Of a DNA stretch of 64,000 bases, positions 61,616 through 64,000 are shown piece by piece. The notes beneath the pieces are model-generated. The model made no database searches, was not told the origin of the DNA, and saw only the letters and a list, made by a program, of their open reading frames with translations. Every line of letters starts with the position of its first letter. Within the stretch, counting starts at the first letter, position 1. The DNA lies in NCBI GenBank assembly GCA_977020255.1, contig CDROCS010000023.1, positions 124,001 to 188,000 on the forward strand, in the 5' to 3' direction. This DNA comes from Obrimoposthia wandeli. Its lineage: Eukaryota. Both the position numbers and the translations under genes were made by a program.

Positions 61616-62154
61616 AAAGTTAACCTTTCATACACACTCATGCAATTAAATAATTAAAATGTCTTATCTCGTTTGATAACATTCGTTAATTGAAATATTT
61701 TAAATAATTAGATAAATTTAAATTCTTTATTTTTAAATAACTTGATTATAAATTTATATTCGTAAATATAATTGAAATTATCAATATTCATTTCTCTTTT
61801 TAACTATTCGAAAATATATTTATAAACAAATTTAGTAAATTAACTCAACAAACAATTTTTTTTTAATTACTTGATATTTTTGCCATTCTCTTATCAATAT
61901 AATATGAATATTCAATTATTTCTTCAAAAATTCTTTTTATATGTTATATAATATTTCTTTACCACATTATTGTGGTATTTTATCAAGTGCTTTTATTTTT
62001 AAACTATAAAAATATTTTAATTATAAAATTAGTATCTGTATTCCGCCCACTGCATATAATATAAATTTCAAATATAAAGTACTATTAAATGTATTCTTTC
62101 AAATAGTAAAAGTTCTTTCGAGTTATTTAGTTTTGTTTACTAGACATTCGAAAA

Positions 62155-62885
62155 TTGACTTGTAAACATAATATATTTTTACATATATTTAGTTTAATAT
62201 ATTGTAAATTATTACTGTAATATTCCATTACATAAAAAGTAATTGATATATTACTGTCGTTTACTATAAATTTACTTGTAAACATAATATATTTATGCAT
62301 ATATTCACTTTAATATGCTGTAAGTTATTACTTTAATATAATTTACAACAAAAAACTTCATGTAGTTTACTTAATAATCATAATATTAATGTTTTGTACA
62401 ATGAATTGACTTGTAAACATAATATTTTTGTTTGCATATTTTCAATTTAATATGTTGTAAGATATTACTTTAATATAATTTACAACAAAAACTTCATGTA
62501 CTTTACTTAATAATCATAATATTAATGTTTTGTACAATAAATTTACTTGTAAGCATAATATATTTATGCATATATTCACTTTAATATGTTGTAAGTTATT
62601 ACTTTAATATAATTTACAACAAAAACTTCAAGTAGTTTACTTATTAATCATAATATTAATGTTTTGTACAATAAATTTACTTGTAAGCATAATATATTTA
62701 TGCATATATTCACTTTAATATGTTGTAAGTTTTTACTTTAATATAATTTACAACAAAAACTTCAAGTAGTTTACTTATTAATCATAAGTTTAATGTTTTG
62801 TACAATAAATTTACTTGTAAGCATAATATATTTATACATATTATCACTTTAATATGTTGTAAGTTATTACTTTAATATAATTTAC
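62155..62885. repeat. AT-rich tandem satellite, unit about 134 bp, about 5.5 copies
   Basis: ttacttgtaa recurs at 62272, about 62408, 62543, 62677 and 62811. Confidence 0.92.
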
Positions 62886-64000
62886 ACTTAATAAAGAAAA
62901 TAAAGAAAATATTTTCATTTGTTATTTATCATTTAAATGAGTCAAGAATGAATATTTATTCATGACTCCTGTTTTACATACTGCAATGAATTGTTGAACT
63001 TTGATCATTCTATATTTCAAAAATGGTAGAAAATATTAAACATATGATTAATTTTGCTGAAAATTTAAATTAAAAGTGAATGCTAAATTAACAAAATGTT
63101 TAAAATAAATTTAAAAGATGAAGAGAATTAGTTATTTCAACAAAATTTATAATTATTTAAGTGAATTAAAAAAACATTTATCTAAATAGGAAAAAAGGAT
63201 TATAATTTATTTAATATAAATATTCCCTGTACTCATTTAATGTACTTAATGTTTTACAAGGAAAAAATATCACGTACTACAATAAATTTAATACTTACAC
63301 TGCATTAAATGATGTAATAATAACCTAAATTTGATTTTAAATTTACATAATGATACTGTTGTAGTCAGCATCTACAACTCTTGCTCGATTACATCATCAA
63401 GGACTCTTTGGGGGCAGTGGGTAGTCCAGATGTACCGGAATCGACACATTTATCTACTTACAACATATTATAATTTGATTTTTACTTATCATAGTTTACT
63501 AATTTGTATTGAGTATATTATTTATAATTAAAAATTCCAGTTCTTTGATTACCCCCTTAAATATATTATCGCTTTGGTAAGCCACAACAATGATAATTAT
63601 ACATTCTTTGAAGAAGAAATACCATCGCTCTTTGATTCGATGATGCCCATAACTTTGAAAAGATCAATAATAACGTCATAACAATCATCTAAAATATTTG
63701 TTATATGAAAACATTTACTATAGGAACATCAGTCGTACACTTTTCAAAATTTAGTTAATTAAGTAAAGAAATTAAGTAAATAATTACGTGTATAGACTTG
63801 ATAAATGACTATATAGAAATAAAAATATTAGTGAGTAATTAATTATAAAGTTAACCGTTATTAAGAAAAATAAAAGCAGATACACTCATAACATCTATTC
63901 AAAGATTTAGACGTAAGGCAGACCCAAAAGATATCAAACCTGCATCTGTCTATGTTCATTGTTTGATATAACTTTATAAATAGCCCTTGAAATCCATACT

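Overview
This is AT-rich eukaryotic genomic DNA, probably from an invertebrate animal, with GC-rich exons. The left half (1-33.6 kb) holds host genes: an intronless RING-H2 ORF that runs off the left edge, ALG3 (+, 8 exons located), an ABCG/white-family transporter (-, 3 exons) and a BLVRB-like NAD(P)H reductase (-, 3 coding exons). Their introns contain piggyBac, pogo, Tc1/mariner and MITE relics. At 34-36.7 kb there is a decayed rhodanese + dual-specificity phosphatase gene and a type I hammerhead ribozyme motif. The right half (36.7-61.6 kb) is a nest of decayed Polinton/Maverick-like elements of two related families, with Ty3/Gypsy fragments, satellites and an assembly gap. The best-preserved copy (43184-54159, bounded by inverted AGTAGGT termini) encodes a packaging ATPase, a chromodomain integrase, a protein-primed PolB, and penton-like and pX-like genes. 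It also carries an unusual accessory set: a spliced TATA-binding-protein-like gene, a 5-exon disordered protein built from duplicated phase-0 exons, a Cys/His protein with acidic Trp repeats, and a stand-alone DEDD-type exonuclease. I could not recognise a major capsid protein or protease. All calls come from manual translation and motif recognition; no database searches were run.
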